Shown here: positions 12,846-25,465 of the stretch, in pieces | Layout of the letters: the number at the start of each line of letters is the position of its first letter | Numbering within the stretch: the first letter of the stretch is position 1 | NCBI RefSeq assembly: GCF_009834535.1 | Contig: NC_045697.1 | Coordinates: 16,184,001 to 16,248,000, forward strand | Source: Camelus ferus | Taxonomy: Eukaryota | DNA: 64,000 nucleotides | Direction of reading: 5' to 3' | Made by a program: the position numbers and the translations under genes | The notes under the pieces: generated by a model | What the model was told of the DNA's origin: nothing | The model's input: only the letters and a program-made list of their open reading frames with translations | Databases searched by the model: none

Positions 12846-13234
12846 AAAAGACTGTAAAGGCAAACTCAGTATATAAAACATGTGCACTGGGGGTTTTAGG
12901 GATGCTAAAATGTGCTTAGAAAACTTCTGTTCAACTTAATTATGTGCAAGGAACTAGGTTCTTTCCTGTGGAATGACAAGGATTGAGAGGTGGTGTCATC
13001 TTTTAGTATCTCACCATCAGCTATGCATGTTTGTATTTGTATGTATGAGTAGGTGAGTGTGTGCAGTGGTCTAGAGGGCAGACAACGCCACTGGAGGAAA
13101 AGTTTCAAGAAAAGAGTGCCCACTCCACCAACCCATTATTTAAAAAAATCTTTTAATGCTTCACCACATCCATAAACACTTTTCTGGGATGAAATTGTTT
13201 ATCAGGGATAAACCATAGAATAGTGAAATGAGCA

Positions 13235-13400
13235 ATCAATCAGAGTCGAAAGCCATGGATTCTATGCCTGACTTTGCATCAGGTTTGATGCGTGACTTTG
13301 GATTGGTGCTGATTTTCCTGGTCTCAGTCTCCTTATCTGTGGAAGGGAGTGATGGTAAAGGGGTGTTATTATTTGAGAAGCTCTAAGGCTCCTTCCAGAT
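13235..13400 (+). mobile_element. MIR fragment
   Basis: gtgactttgg...ggtctcagtctccttatctgtggaaggg. Confidence 0.55.
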
Positions 13401-14479
13401 ATATATCTGCCCTGCCATGCCTTAAAACAAGCTGTAAGCCAGGCAGCTTCAAATGAATATTTTTTCATTTCTTTTTTTCCAAATGAGTTTTCTGACAGTT
13501 TAGTATTTACTTTTTCAAAGGATCTTTGCATTTTCCTTGTAATGATTAAAAGTAACTCATTGATATTCCAAACAGGGCATTTGTTAAGCTTTTATTTCAC
13601 AATATGACCCCTTGCACATTAATAGTCAGAAAACTAAGACTTAAATAAATAGAAATTACTGTTTGTCCCAAGGATTAAAGGAGAACAAGTTTGTTATTGT
13701 CAAATAGTTTTCACAAAGAATATTAGAAGGCCAAGCATAGGATTTATAATAGAACAGAACAAATTCAATTTTCCAAATTAAGGCCTCAGAAGGGAAAGCT
13801 TTATATATAAATAATATACATTTTTAAAGTGCATATATTAATTAATAATTAATTAGGTATATATTTATATAGTGTATAAAGTTTTAAAATAAAAGAATAC
13901 ACATATATGTAGATAAATATAGCCCAAAATATGAATATTTGGGGACTCAAACATGGCATCTTGTATTTGTCTGGTTAATTTCAGACCATAGAATACTAAT
14001 AAATATCTAGTAGACTCACAAAAATTATTATTGATTATTGATTGTTTTTTTTCTAATGTTAAGTCCCCCCCCAAAAAAACCTTTTCTGTAATAACTTCAC
14101 AACCTTTCTTTCTCAGAAATACTCAATAACTATTATATTTTAATTCTAGTGGGAGGTCCCAGCTAGAGGCTACATGTGTTTCTGTCTGATAAATTGATGT
14201 GTAGGGTCCATCATCAGAAGCTAATATATATTTTGGTTTCTTTGGCACAGAGAGCCCTGCCTGGGAGAAAGAAAGATTAGGAGAACATAAAAATAGCTAC
14301 TGAGGCACTAATTTCGCCTTGGGCCCCAGAATTCTGTTTAAGCCCTAGAAGAGAAGAAATACAGAAAGAAATCCAAGATAATCTTTTCACATGCCACCTC
14401 CTCTATTGAGAAGATCCCCTTCCACAAAATCCCCGCTCGCCTGTCTCTTGGGAAAATTATGCATAATTCAGGTTTAAGT

Positions 14480-14692
14480 TTTTGGGATCACTTTTCTTTC
14501 CAACTTCTGATCAGAACAGGTATTTGCATTATTCATTCTATAACTTCCCACACTTCTTCATAACCCTTGTCACATTAATAATTGACTGTTAGGGACTTGT
14601 TCCATGACAGCAGCAGCCAGGCTGATCTTGTTCCCTGGTATATCCTCAGAACCCAACAGGACGCTAAATCATGTTTGTTGAATGAATGATAA
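14480..14692 (+). mobile_element. L2 3' end
   Basis: tgtttgttgaatgaatga terminus. Confidence 0.7.
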
Positions 14693-14869
14693 ATGGTCTA
14701 ATCTCTGCCCAAAGAAGAAAGCCTACCAGGTGAATATTTAATCACTCTTTGAACATTTCAAAAGCAAGGAATTCACTAACTTGTAAATAGGCCATTTTGA
14801 CCTTGAATATTTTATAATATTAGAAAGCAAAGGAAAACATAAAACAAAACCACCAGGAAATAGATTTTA

Positions 14870-15500
14870 TAACAAACTCATTGGCAAAATTTAAAAAGTC
14901 TGATAAAACCAAGGGTCAGATAGATTGTAAGTAAGCATGATCTCAAACTCATTGCCCATATAGACATATTGGAAAACAAATTGGCATTATCTCTCATGGT
15001 CCAGTAGTTCCACTCTTACATATAGACCCAAGAGAAATACTTCCACATTTACCATAAAAGGCATGTATGAGAATGACCATATGGAGCACTATTCATAAAA
15101 GCAAAAGACTAGAAACAATAAAATGCTCACTAATAGGAGAAAGAATAAATAAATTAATTAAAATATATTTATATGATGAAATATTAAACAGCAAGAAAAA
15201 AAATAAACTCAGCTACGTGCAAAAATATGAATGAATTTCAACAATGGGAAATTGAGCAAAAAAAGTCCCAGGTGACAACATGCTGAATAATACCCTTTAT
15301 TGCAGTTAAAATTAAGGATCTAAAGTAAACACATATAATTGAGGCATATCTATGTACATAATAATATAATTTTGAGAAACAAAAAATGATAAACATAAAA
15401 CCCAGGATAGTTCTTACAACACAGTGGGCAAAGCAGTCAGAGGGCATGGTGAGTGTTTTAGTTCTTAGACTGGACGTCACGTTCACAGATTTTCATTATA
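14870..15500 (+). mobile_element. Old L1 3' region (L1ME type)
   Basis: ttggcaaaatttaaaaagtctgataaaaccaag...ccagtagttccactct...agcaaaagactagaaacaa. Confidence 0.8.
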
Positions 15501-15791
15501 ATCCCACCACAATTGGATGACTGAATGCATGCATGAATAGATAAATAAATTAACCAACAAATGAACAAACAAGAAAATAAATGAGTGAAGAACACATATA
15601 TGTTAGTGATTACAATTCATAATGAACCAAGGTTTGTGATTAACACCATTTTGTGCACCTGAGGTCCATTAATAAATTATGAGAGATCAAATTTTTTGTC
15701 TTTTTTTTTTTAACTTTAATTGCCAAGATTTGCTTATTTTTCTGATAAAGACTAAGATCAAATACCAGTCTGATGTCTAATAATTGTCTTT

Positions 15792-16272
15792 TAGAAAATA
15801 TTTTTATTTAAAAAGTTTTTAAATTAATTAATTAATTTTTAAATATATTTTTATTGAAGTACATTTAGTTTACAATGTTGTATCAATTTCTGGTGTACAG
15901 TACAATACTTCAGTCACATAGGAACATACATACATTTGTTCTCATATTCTACTTCACCATAGATTACCACAAGATATTGAATATAGTTCCCTGAGCTATA
16001 CAGTATAAAGTTGTTGTTTATCTATTTTATATATATTAGTATCTGCAAATCTTGAACTCCCAATTTATCCCTTCCCATCCCTTTCCCCGACTGGTAACCA
16101 TAATTTTGTTTTCTATGTCTGTGAGTCTGTTTCTGTTCTGTAAATTAGTTCATTTGTATTTTTCCTTTTTTCTTGTTTTTTAGATTTCACATAAAAGTGA
16201 TATCATGTGATATTTTTCTTTCTCTTTCGGGTTTACTTCATTTAGAATGACAGTCTCCAGGTTCATCCATGC
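15792..16272 (-). mobile_element. Young L1 3' end with TSD
   Basis: ttttattgaagta...aagatattgaatatagttccctg...; TSD ataattgtcttt (15780-15791) / ataattatcttt (16273-16284). Confidence 0.92.
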
Positions 16273-16339
16273 ATAATTATCTTTAAAATAAGCAGAAAAA
16301 TTCCTAAAACATGTATTATTTTACTCTGTATTATTTTGG

Positions 16340-17130
16340 TTAATTCATTCATTGATTAAAACTCATTCTAGAAATATTTGCTGTATGTTACTATGCACTG
16401 GAAACTATATTCAGTATACTGCCATCAAGACATTTATAAACCCAATCCTTAAGACACAAACTAAGTTTCAATCCCAGAATCATAATAAACCAACAATTAT
16501 TATCTTGATAAATGCTTCAAAAGTAGAAGTAAAATATATCTACTGGGATAGAACTGTGAATGCTTCCAAAGTGGAAACTCAAAGATTAAAACTAGCCTTG
16601 GTTATCTGAGGAAACTTCAGGTGAAAGGACATCTGAACGGAGACTCAAAGAATGCATAAAAGATGAAAAGGTGAAAGGGGAAGTATTTTGGGTAAATAAA
16701 CAGAACATTAGAACACCTGGAAATGAGAGAATGACTCATTAAATAAAATAAGTAAGTCTGGTATGGCCAGAGACGATGAGAATAACAAGAGATACAATTG
16801 GTGAGGTAGGGTTAGTCATATTGATGAAAACCTTAAAAATTAAGTTATAGAGTCTGAACCATATCCCGGGAGAAATGGAGATCCGTGCAGGTTTTACAGC
16901 AGAAGTATAGTAATAATGGATTTCCATTTCTTAAAGTTCACACTTTTTTCTAGATGAGGAAAGAATTGGAGGGACAGTAGTGGAGGATGGGAGATAAGTT
17001 AGGAGGCTATTTCAGTGTTTCATGGGAAGGATGACAACTTGATTCAGGCATTTGTGATGGAGACAGGAAAAACTAGTCATTTTGAGAGCTATATTAAAAG
17101 AAGAAAATATAGAATTTGATTTCTGATTAA
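16340..17130 (-). mobile_element. L2 LINE
   Basis: ttcattcattgatt...gggagataagttaggaggctatttcagt. Confidence 0.7.
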
Positions 17131-17231
17131 GATTATTCTTTACTTTTGTTATGCTGTTATTGTTTTAGTCTGACGTACATAAGAATTTCTTATTTATTAC
17201 GCTTAAGATTCACTGGGTTTCCTGAGTCTCA

Positions 17232-17680
17232 GTATATTAGTCAGGGTAATTAATACTAGCTGCTATAACAAATAGCTCTTAAAGTCATTGGTTTAATATA
17301 CTACAAGTTTTATTTCTTGTTCATGCAAACTTCAATGCAGATATTCCTGGGTAGTGGCTTTCCTGGGCTATTGTCCTGTATGGAAGAAACCTGAAATCCA
17401 GAGTTCTTCAAGTTTGACATGGGTTCATCAATTCATTATGTTTGATGGAGAGAGGGAAAGAAAAGAGGGAGAGAAAGGAAAACTGAGAATGAGAAATGTC
17501 CACCTACTTGTAACCGTATTAAGTCAGAAAGTGACCACTTCATTTTTTCCACTTACATTCCTTTTCTAAGAACTAGTTGAATGGGCCCCCTTAATGCAGG
17601 GGGGCTTGAAAAACTAGTTTACTGTGCAAAGAGCACAGTCTCCCACATTGAGCATAGAATCTGAGCATTTCACAGCTATT
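17232..17680 (-). mobile_element. MaLR LTR (old MLT1, K-like)
   Basis: tattagtcagggtaattaatactagctgctataacaaata...cagaaagtgaccacttcatttttt...ctaagaactagt. Confidence 0.7.
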
Positions 17681-18800
17681 AATCCCTTAAACATTGTCTC
17701 TGTCTCATTTTTTTGAATTATCTCCTTCTTTATTTAGATCTATGTGAGCCTCATTATCTTCCATGCTTTAAAACAATCATATTTGACACCTCTGCTTTTT
17801 TGGGCTGGATTTTAGGTATTATTTTTTTCAGGTTTCTTCATGTTTATTAATTCTCTCTTCAGCTGTGATTAATCTTACACTTAATCTTTTATTAAGATTT
17901 TTAATTTCAGTGACTATATTTTTTATTTTGAGAATTTCCATTTTTTTCAATTCTGTTTTTAATTGTCTAATTTTTTAGTATGTTTCAATTCTGCTTTTTA
18001 TTTATTTAAAATGTTTATTCAAATTTTATATCTTGGGATTTCATTACAGAAGTTCTTGGGAAGTCTGCTTTTACTGTTGGTTGATTCTTCTGACCTTTAT
18101 TTTGTTGGCTTGTTTCCCTTTGTGTTATAAATTTTTAATTATAAATTCTTGTTCAAGTGGCTGGGCTTTATCATTAGAAATTTTGTAGGCCTTTTACTAG
18201 GGCACATTTTTCCAAAGAATATCTATGTTTGCTTCTAGTTGGCACTCTACGGTTCTACTAACCTGAAATCATTTTGAATTCATTATTTTTTAGCATGTAC
18301 TTTATCAGATCATATAGATAGTACAAATAATTCCAACTCCACTTGAGGAATGGCTTGATTTTTATAAATTCTCAGGAGAAGCTTTTGTTTTCTTTTAAGT
18401 CTGGGCTAAGATATATATTTCCTTTATCTCTCCCTTTGCTTTTGGGCAGACTGTTTTTTTTTTCTTTTGTCCTTGTTTCATACTTTCACATGGTCTTTTG
18501 AGGGCTCTGGCTTCCAGTCCTAAATCCTCACCTTGCATGAGCCCAGCATCATTGAAACACAAGTCTCTGGGTGACAGAAGATTCCATCATGTAGTCAGGG
18601 TAGATATGGTTTCATCACCCCACTTATTTTCTTATTTTCAACTTCTTTTAGGATCTTGTCCCTATAGAGAAACCTCTTTTTATTAGTAGGTCAGTGATGT
18701 ATTTTCACAGATGATTGTTATATTACAATTCAGTACTCCTAGATGTTTCATAGAAGAAAACTTCTGGGGTATCTAGTTAACCATGTTTTCAGGTATAAAA
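17681..18800 (-). mobile_element. Old L1/HAL1-like ORF1 and 5' relic (likely continues at 17140-17231 across the MLT1)
   Basis: ttaattctctcttcagctgtg...ttaatttcagtgactatattttttatttt; T-rich antisense L1 composition. Confidence 0.55.
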
Positions 18801-19372
18801 GATTCTTTGCAGTTAATCAGATAATATAGAATATCCTCATGTGTATATGTGTACTCCCATAGCTTCTTTTATGTTGCTGGCTGCTAAGGCTATGTGTTTT
18901 TCTGTTTTTCTAAACCACAGACTAGTGTTCCCAATTTCAGCACAGTTACCTCAAACTCATTATATTTAAAATAGTATGCCTCCTTTTCCTCTTTTTCCAC
19001 TTTGATTCTCCCATATCCATTTTCTGCCTCTCACATCGTATTCTCATAGCTAGATCCACTAAAGCAAGCTCAGTTCTGCTATGTTCTTTAGAGTTATCCA
19101 GACTGAACACTATGCATTTCCAGAATCTAAGCCCTGCCATCCAATGAAAATCATAATTAAGCCATATTTTCCAGTCTTAGGATCCACAGGTCATTGCTAA
19201 TGAAAGAACATTAAAGATACCCTACCCTGTGAGTTACCTCAAAACATTGAGTTACATTTTCTTTTAGTATTCTTTGGTATTACTGGGGTTGGGTGCGGGG
19301 AGAGGGACCTCTTTTACCTCAACAAGGATCACTGGTACTGACAAAGGGAGTGATAACAAAGTGGGAAGTCAT

Positions 19373-19420
19373 AGCAATGTCACATTCTAGCAGCAATGTC
19401 ACATTCTAGCAGCAATGTCA
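19373..19420. repeat. 19-bp tandem duplication (agcaatgtcacattctagc x2.5)
   Basis: Perfect copies read directly. Confidence 0.95.
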
Positions 19421-20199
19421 AGGTCAAGTCACAAGGCAGAAAAGCAGCAGATTCTGAGTGTTTTGTAGGGATGAAGTTGGCACAGAATTTGAATGGCTGC
19501 CAAAGAAAGCACATGAGATACTTGGGACTCTGCCTGAAGAAAGAGGGAGTTAGAATGCTTATGTAATTAGAAATTATGTTAAATGGAAACTCAGAGTCAT
19601 AGACAATATTCGTGACCATCACGGATGTTCTCTTTCAGGAATAGTTAAGAGTTTTCTAAATATTACCAAGGTACCCTTCAAGAGGAAAATTGTAATGTAA
19701 ATAAACAGAATAATACAAATAAGTGATAGAAGAATATAGAGAGCTGGATATGTAGTCTATGGGTCCTTGAGGATAGAGAAGATTGATGTATTTTGGCCAT
19801 TTCAAGGTATAAAATGAAGAATTAAACTACACCCATATGAAAAAAACTTGGTTTGGGATTTCTCATACTGAGACAGTTTGAAATGGTTATTTAAGGTAGG
19901 ATTTTCCTGAAACAACAGTATTTGAATAGACATCATTATTTCATAGTGGCCCCCCAAAAATTAAAAATTAAAAAACCCAGTTGCTAAGCTTAAAAAAGTT
20001 TCTCACTCAGGCAGTCTACTGCAAGTCTAGCACCTTCTTAGGGGCAGTCTTTCATAATTCAACTGTATTTGCAGTTCTCCCAAGGATGATATATATGATC
20101 ATCATTCTAGATGCATAAGAGAGAAGGCAATTTACCTTCACAAATTAGGGCTTAATTGTCTCTTAGGGCCTCCACTGTAGGGCAACCATCCTCCATTTA

Positions 20200-20460
20200 C
20201 CAAGACAGCCATCCAGGCTAGAGAAGATTCCATCATCCCATACCTGAGTAGCATGATCTATTCAGTCAAAATGTTAGAGAAAAAGACAGCTGGAAAGGTA
20301 TTGACCAGCTCTTTTATGTTTCTGCCCAGAAATATCACATGTCATATCCAACCATAGCCACTGGCCAGATCTAGTCTCATGAATTCCTTCAACTGCATAA
20401 TGGCTGAAAATTAGAGTGAGAGAAGAACCAGATATTGGTGAACAGTAGTAATGTCTACCA
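20200..20460 (-). mobile_element. MaLR MLT1 fragment
   Basis: ctgcccagaaatatcacatgtcat...cactggccagatctagtctcatg...gatattggtgaacagtagtaatgtctacca. Confidence 0.65.
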
Positions 20461-20717
20461 AAATAAATTATGGAGATAGTTATGAAGTCTGGCTTTGATT
20501 TGGGGAGGAAAAGCTATGAGATATTGGATGTTTTCAAAAGAATCAAGAGAAGGAAATTCTTTAAAGCAAGATAATTTCCCAACCAACAGATAGAAGACAG
20601 TCTTAGAATTTCAGTTGTATAACAGAAATAAGTAATATGGCTACAAACTATTAACAATACTTTGTGAAACCAAATTTTTAGAATTCGTATATAATAATGT
20701 CAGTTTAAAAATATACT

Positions 20718-20868
20718 TCTTGGGGAGTTACTAATCAACAAGAGTAGTTTCAGTTAAGCAAGTAGAATAAGTTCTAGAGATCTGCTGTTAAACATTGTAT
20801 CTGTACTCTTAAAATTTGTTGAGGATTGCTCTCATGTTAAGTGTTCTTGCAATAAAAGAAAAAAAAAG
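20718..20868 (+). mobile_element. L1MA/MB 3' end fragment
   Basis: aataagttctagagatctgctg...ctcatgttaagtgttctt...aataaaa; homologous to 24690-24860. Confidence 0.8.
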
Positions 20869-21984
20869 GAAGATATATATCAAAATATTGTCAATGGTTG
20901 TTCCTTCAATGATAAAATTATTTTCTTCTTCCTCTGTATTTTCTAAATTTTTGACAATGTGCATGCATTAGTACATATATAATGTATTCCTGTATGTACA
21001 CCACAATGAATATGCATTTCTAGAATATATATTCATGACCTTTGCAAAGTAAATATTTGAAAAAATAAAAATATAGTCTTGATTCAAGTATTGAAAGTGT
21101 ACAGAAATCCTTAAAAATATTGTTTAAAAGTTGGTTTATTTAAAAGCTTTAAAAATTACACTGATATTTATGCATCATAAACATAAATACCATAAAATAT
21201 AAAGTAAAAATACCTTCATATTTGATCACATTATATGGCAACTCCATTTTTAAAATATGGAAAGTTTCGATTTGTGTGAGTGTATGATTTACCCACGATC
21301 GTACAATGAACACATGACAAAGCCTAATGAAAATCTCAGTCAATTTTGACACAAAAATCTATGCTCTTTCTGTTATGCCATATTATGTGTATAGAGTAAA
21401 AGAAAATATGTAATTGCATTTTGTAATTAAAAAAATGCCACTCAAATGAAAATGATGTACATAATACACTTTAAAAACTTTTAGTACTGTATTAAAGATA
21501 AATATAATTCACATATTCAATATTCTTTTGTAACTAAGAGGCCTAATGGGATATATAGGAGTCAGACAGAAAACATTCCCTGTTTGTTTTTTGAGTCAGC
21601 ATTTTTAGAAGTAGAGACAAAAAAGAGAGAGAGAGACTGAAAGGGAGAGTGGTAGAGGGGGCAGGGAAGACTGGTATTTGTAAAATGTAGAGTGTAAAAA
21701 GAGTTTTGTTTTTTTTTTTTTTTTTGAGAATTGTGAGCATATTAGCTTGGTTTCAGCAGTTTTCTTATGAGAGCCCTGAAAAGAAAAAAAAAAATTTGAC
21801 GAGATAGAAATCTGGGGATTTTTTAATGAAACACCAAGAGAAGATATTCCTGTGACCCATGAAAAAGTGGAATGATATGTTACTGGAAAAATATTCCAGC
21901 AGGATTATAAAATGTAGATTGGAACAGAGGCAGGGAAAACTGATTATATGAACTGGGATTTTTTTTAGTAATACAAAACAAAAA

Positions 21985-22485
21985 TTCCAGTATTAACTCA
22001 TTTAAATGAAACAGAATTTGTTAGATCATAGGCTGGCTTCTTTCAAGTCTTACTCTGGCTACTCAGTCAATGACCGGGACCTGGTTTCTCTCTTTCCATC
22101 TCTTTTCTCCCTTTATTCAGTCTTAAATCCAGGTTCAGCAGTGTTACTTCTTTGTAGTCAGAGATGGCCACCTGCACCTTCAAGGGCTGCTGCAGCCTTT
22201 GTACATATGCACCAAAGCAGAGTGCATCTCTTCTCTCAACCATGGAACCAAAGTCTTGGATTTTACTTTGATTGGATCTTAACTCATGAACTCATCCCTG
22301 AACCAATTTTGTTTTTGGCAGATGGCCGGGAATTCCCAAGGTCCACCTCTGCAGCAGGAAAGAAGTCAGCTTCTCTGAAGTATGTGGACTGTGAGGTGGA
22401 AGAATTAGAACCTGAGCCAAAAGTAGGGTAGTGTACCAAGAACATAGGAACAGATGCCAAGTAGCCCAAAATGGCCAATGTTAGT
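21985..22485 (-). mobile_element. Old MaLR LTR (MLT1N2/O-like)
   Basis: cagtcaatgaccgggacctggtttctctc...agatggccac...tttgattggatcttaactcatg...ccctgaaccaat; lies among L2 relics. Confidence 0.55.
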
Positions 22486-23658
22486 AATACAGGTGAACTG
22501 TGATGAGGACCTACACCACACTAGGGGAAGTGAGAAGGCAGTAATAAATAATGTACTGGTTTTGATGATGGCTTGAAATAAGAAACAATGAAGACACTGG
22601 ACTTCATGATTGCTAAAGAGAATTTCAAAGCACAAAAGGTAGGAAAGATGACCAAGATCATTTGCAGATTGTCAGATATGCTATCTTGAATTCTCTTGAA
22701 CAAGAGTGAGAGCAGTTAGCAATAATGCCCCCATTGGTCTATTAAAGTTAAATATCAATTTTCTAAGTAGTTGATGTTTACAAGTAACAAGATTATGTAA
22801 ACTATTTTTTAATATAAATCATTATAAAAATGAATTATTCACCTCCCTGTCTTTCTAAGAAGGATGTATTTAGATGTAATTTAAACCTTTCTCCATGATT
22901 TAGGGCCACCATTTCTAAGAGAAAAAGATATTCTATTTCTAAGTGTCAAGATAGCCTCTACTCTACATTAGTTTGTTTTCCTTTTATTCCTTCTGTCTCA
23001 CTATCAGGCATCAGCTTTTTTTTTTTTTGCACCTGTCTTAGGCAGTGTCCTACTCTCCTTCCAATTTTCTGTCTCTAACACGGTATAATGGAAAAAAAAA
23101 TAGCCATGCTTGTTGAAATGTTTTGTCGAACCAATCAGTAGACAGTGAATGAGGATCAAAAAAAACTGGGTTTAGGGAGCCCACTATTAAGAGTTAATAG
23201 TAAAAAGAAGTGATTCATCAATCTTTTTTATAATTTACATGTTTGCAAATCCATATTTAGTTTGGAATTCAGTTAACTTTAACTAGTATTTTATTTTCAC
23301 ATTTTAAAAAATATCCTGGTTTAAGAAGTCTCATTTCAGTGGCCCTTTGTAGATTTTAAGTAGCCAGGAATCAGATAAACTTGTGTAGAACATTGCTGGT
23401 CAGGGGATGAGAAGAAAAGTAAGACTGAACTTCTGAGTTTGGGAGCAGTTTATTCCACCGATGCTCCCTTAGGATGGAGGGAAGATGCAGCCCAGAAGGA
23501 CTTTTAAGACCATCTACTCTATGCATATCCACCAGACTTGTATTTCCATGATCTTGCTTTCGAACTGTTATTCCTTTGCTTAAAGACTCAAGGTTAAATG
23601 TTTCTATCTTCTTATTAAGCAAGCCCAAATTCTGATCCCTGTCCAGCCTCAGCTCTCG

Positions 23659-23701
23659 CCATCTCACACATTCCCTTCCATCTCACACATTCCCTTCCAT
23701 C
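23659..23701. repeat. 19-bp tandem duplication (ccatctcacacattccctt x2.3)
   Basis: Perfect copies read directly. Confidence 0.95.
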
Positions 23702-23974
23702 CCAGGAAGCTTCACTGCAAGAATCCCATGACTGTTCTGATAACTCTTAGGCCTGTGCTTTTGCTGCAGTTGTTTGCTGTGACCTGGAGTAGATGAATTT
23801 CTCCTTTTATAGACAAGCTATTGTTCAGGGTCTATCTGCAGCCACTCCTTTACCATGTATGCATTCATCACGTATTGCTGAGAATCAGTTACATACAGAC
23901 ACTAGGTAAAAAGAACACGGAGGTCAATGAATGCCCCTCATCAAACTGACCTTCTAGTATGAAAAACAGTCACA

Positions 23975-24862
23975 AAAGACACATACAGACCAAGGCAAGT
24001 GTTGGCAAGTATGTGGAGAGATTGGAACCCTTTCACACTGCTGATAGGAATGCGATAAATGGTATAGCCCCTGTGGAAAATATTATGGTGTTTCCTCAAA
24101 AAATTTAAAATGGGACTTCCATATGATCCAGCAATCCTATTTCTGGGTATTTCTCCAGAAGTATTGAAATGAGATACTCAAAGAGATATTAGTACTTCTT
24201 TGTTCATTGCAGCACTATTCGTGGTAGCCAAGATATGGAAACCACCTATGTGGAATGGTTAAAGAAAATCTGGTGTGTGGGGGGAGGGTATAGCTCAGTG
24301 CCAGAGTGTGTGCTTAGCATGCACAAGGTCCTGGGTTCAATCCCCAGTACCTCCACTAAAATAAACAAACAAACAAACGAACAAACAAACAAACAAACAA
24401 ATAAATAAATAAATAAATAAACAAAATGAAATAAATGTAATTACCCCTTCCCAAAAGAAAATTTGATGCGTACATACAGTAGAATATACCACCCAGCCTT
24501 ACAAAAGAAGGGAATCTGCAGTGTGTAACAACGTGGAGGAACCTGAGGACATTATGCTGAGTGAAATAAGCTAGTCACAGAAAGACAAATGCTACATGAT
24601 TCCACTTATATGAGATTTCCAAAATAATTAAACTCATAGAAACATGGAGTGGAATGGAGGTTGTCAGGGTTTGGGAGGAGGGATAAATGGGGAGCTATCA
24701 ATCAATGATCATAAAGTTTCATTTAAGTAAGATTAATAAACTCTAGGGATCTGCTGTACAACCTTGGACTATAGTCAACAATACTGAATTGTACACTTAA
24801 AAATTTAAGAGGGTAGATCTCATGTTAAGTGTTCTTACTACAATAAAATAAAATTTAAAAAC
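23975..24862 (+). mobile_element. L1MA/MB 3' region interrupted by a camelid SINE
   Basis: ccatatgatccagcaatcctatttctgggtat...gaggacattatgctgagtgaaataagc...caataaaataaaa. Confidence 0.9.
24279..24453 (+). mobile_element. tRNA-Ala-derived camelid SINE (Vic-1 type)
   Basis: ggggagggtatagctcagtg (A box)...cttagcatg (AGC anticodon loop)...ggttcaatccc (B box); TSD aaagaaaatctggtgtgt (24261-24278) / aaagaaaatttgatgcgt (24454-24471). Confidence 0.92.
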
Positions 24863-25317
24863 TAAGCACAGATATAAATATAATTGCAAATTGTGATAAC
24901 TGCTATGAAGAGTTGGATTTTCTATGAAATATTAATTATTTTGGGATTGGGTGGAAAGGAAAAATTGTAAGTAAGATGTTAATTTTGAGATACGTGGGCT
25001 TCTAAGTGAAGATACAATATTTCAGGAAAAAGAAAAGAAAAAGCTATTGAAAAATTGAAAAAAAAACTTTCAAGATGCAGGAAATCACCTTTAAAATTTG
25101 TGGTAGGCTAGTGCACCATTTTCTCTGATCTACATAAATGTAAAAATCACAGATATTTTATTAAGATAGAAATGAAAACAAAGGCAGCCTAAGGAGTCAT
25201 TTTGTGGGGACATTTAATGCCAAGTGCACATCGAGTCTCCTGTCTCAACTACATTTCTATAAAACGCCTCTCCCTTTATCTGTTTCTCTATGTGTATCCC
25301 TATCCGCCAGCCCAGCC

Positions 25318-25465
25318 ACACAATTCTTGAACTTCAAAGTGCATCAGTATCACCTGGGGAGTTTAAACTTAGCTATCAAGGTTCTATTTCTCCCACGTAC
25401 TTGAAACTGAATTTTGTCAATTCGTGGTCAGTTTGGGAACTTCCATTTTAAAATGAAGTCTCTAA
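25318..25465. mobile_element. MER5A-like hAT fragment
   Basis: ttcttgaacttcaaagtgcatcagtatcacctggggag. Confidence 0.55.

Noticed and set aside
22006..22431. 141-aa ATG-initiated ORF
   Set aside because: Lies within a MaLR LTR relic; no recognisable homology or splice context.
19373..23701. CRISPR-like or other spaced-repeat system suggested by the two 19-bp repeats
   Set aside because: The units are directly tandem with no spacers and unrelated to each other; mammalian context with no associated genes.
24279..24355. tRNA-Ala gene
   Set aside because: It has a SINE linker/tail and TSDs, decayed stems and three dispersed copies in the window; it is a SINE head.
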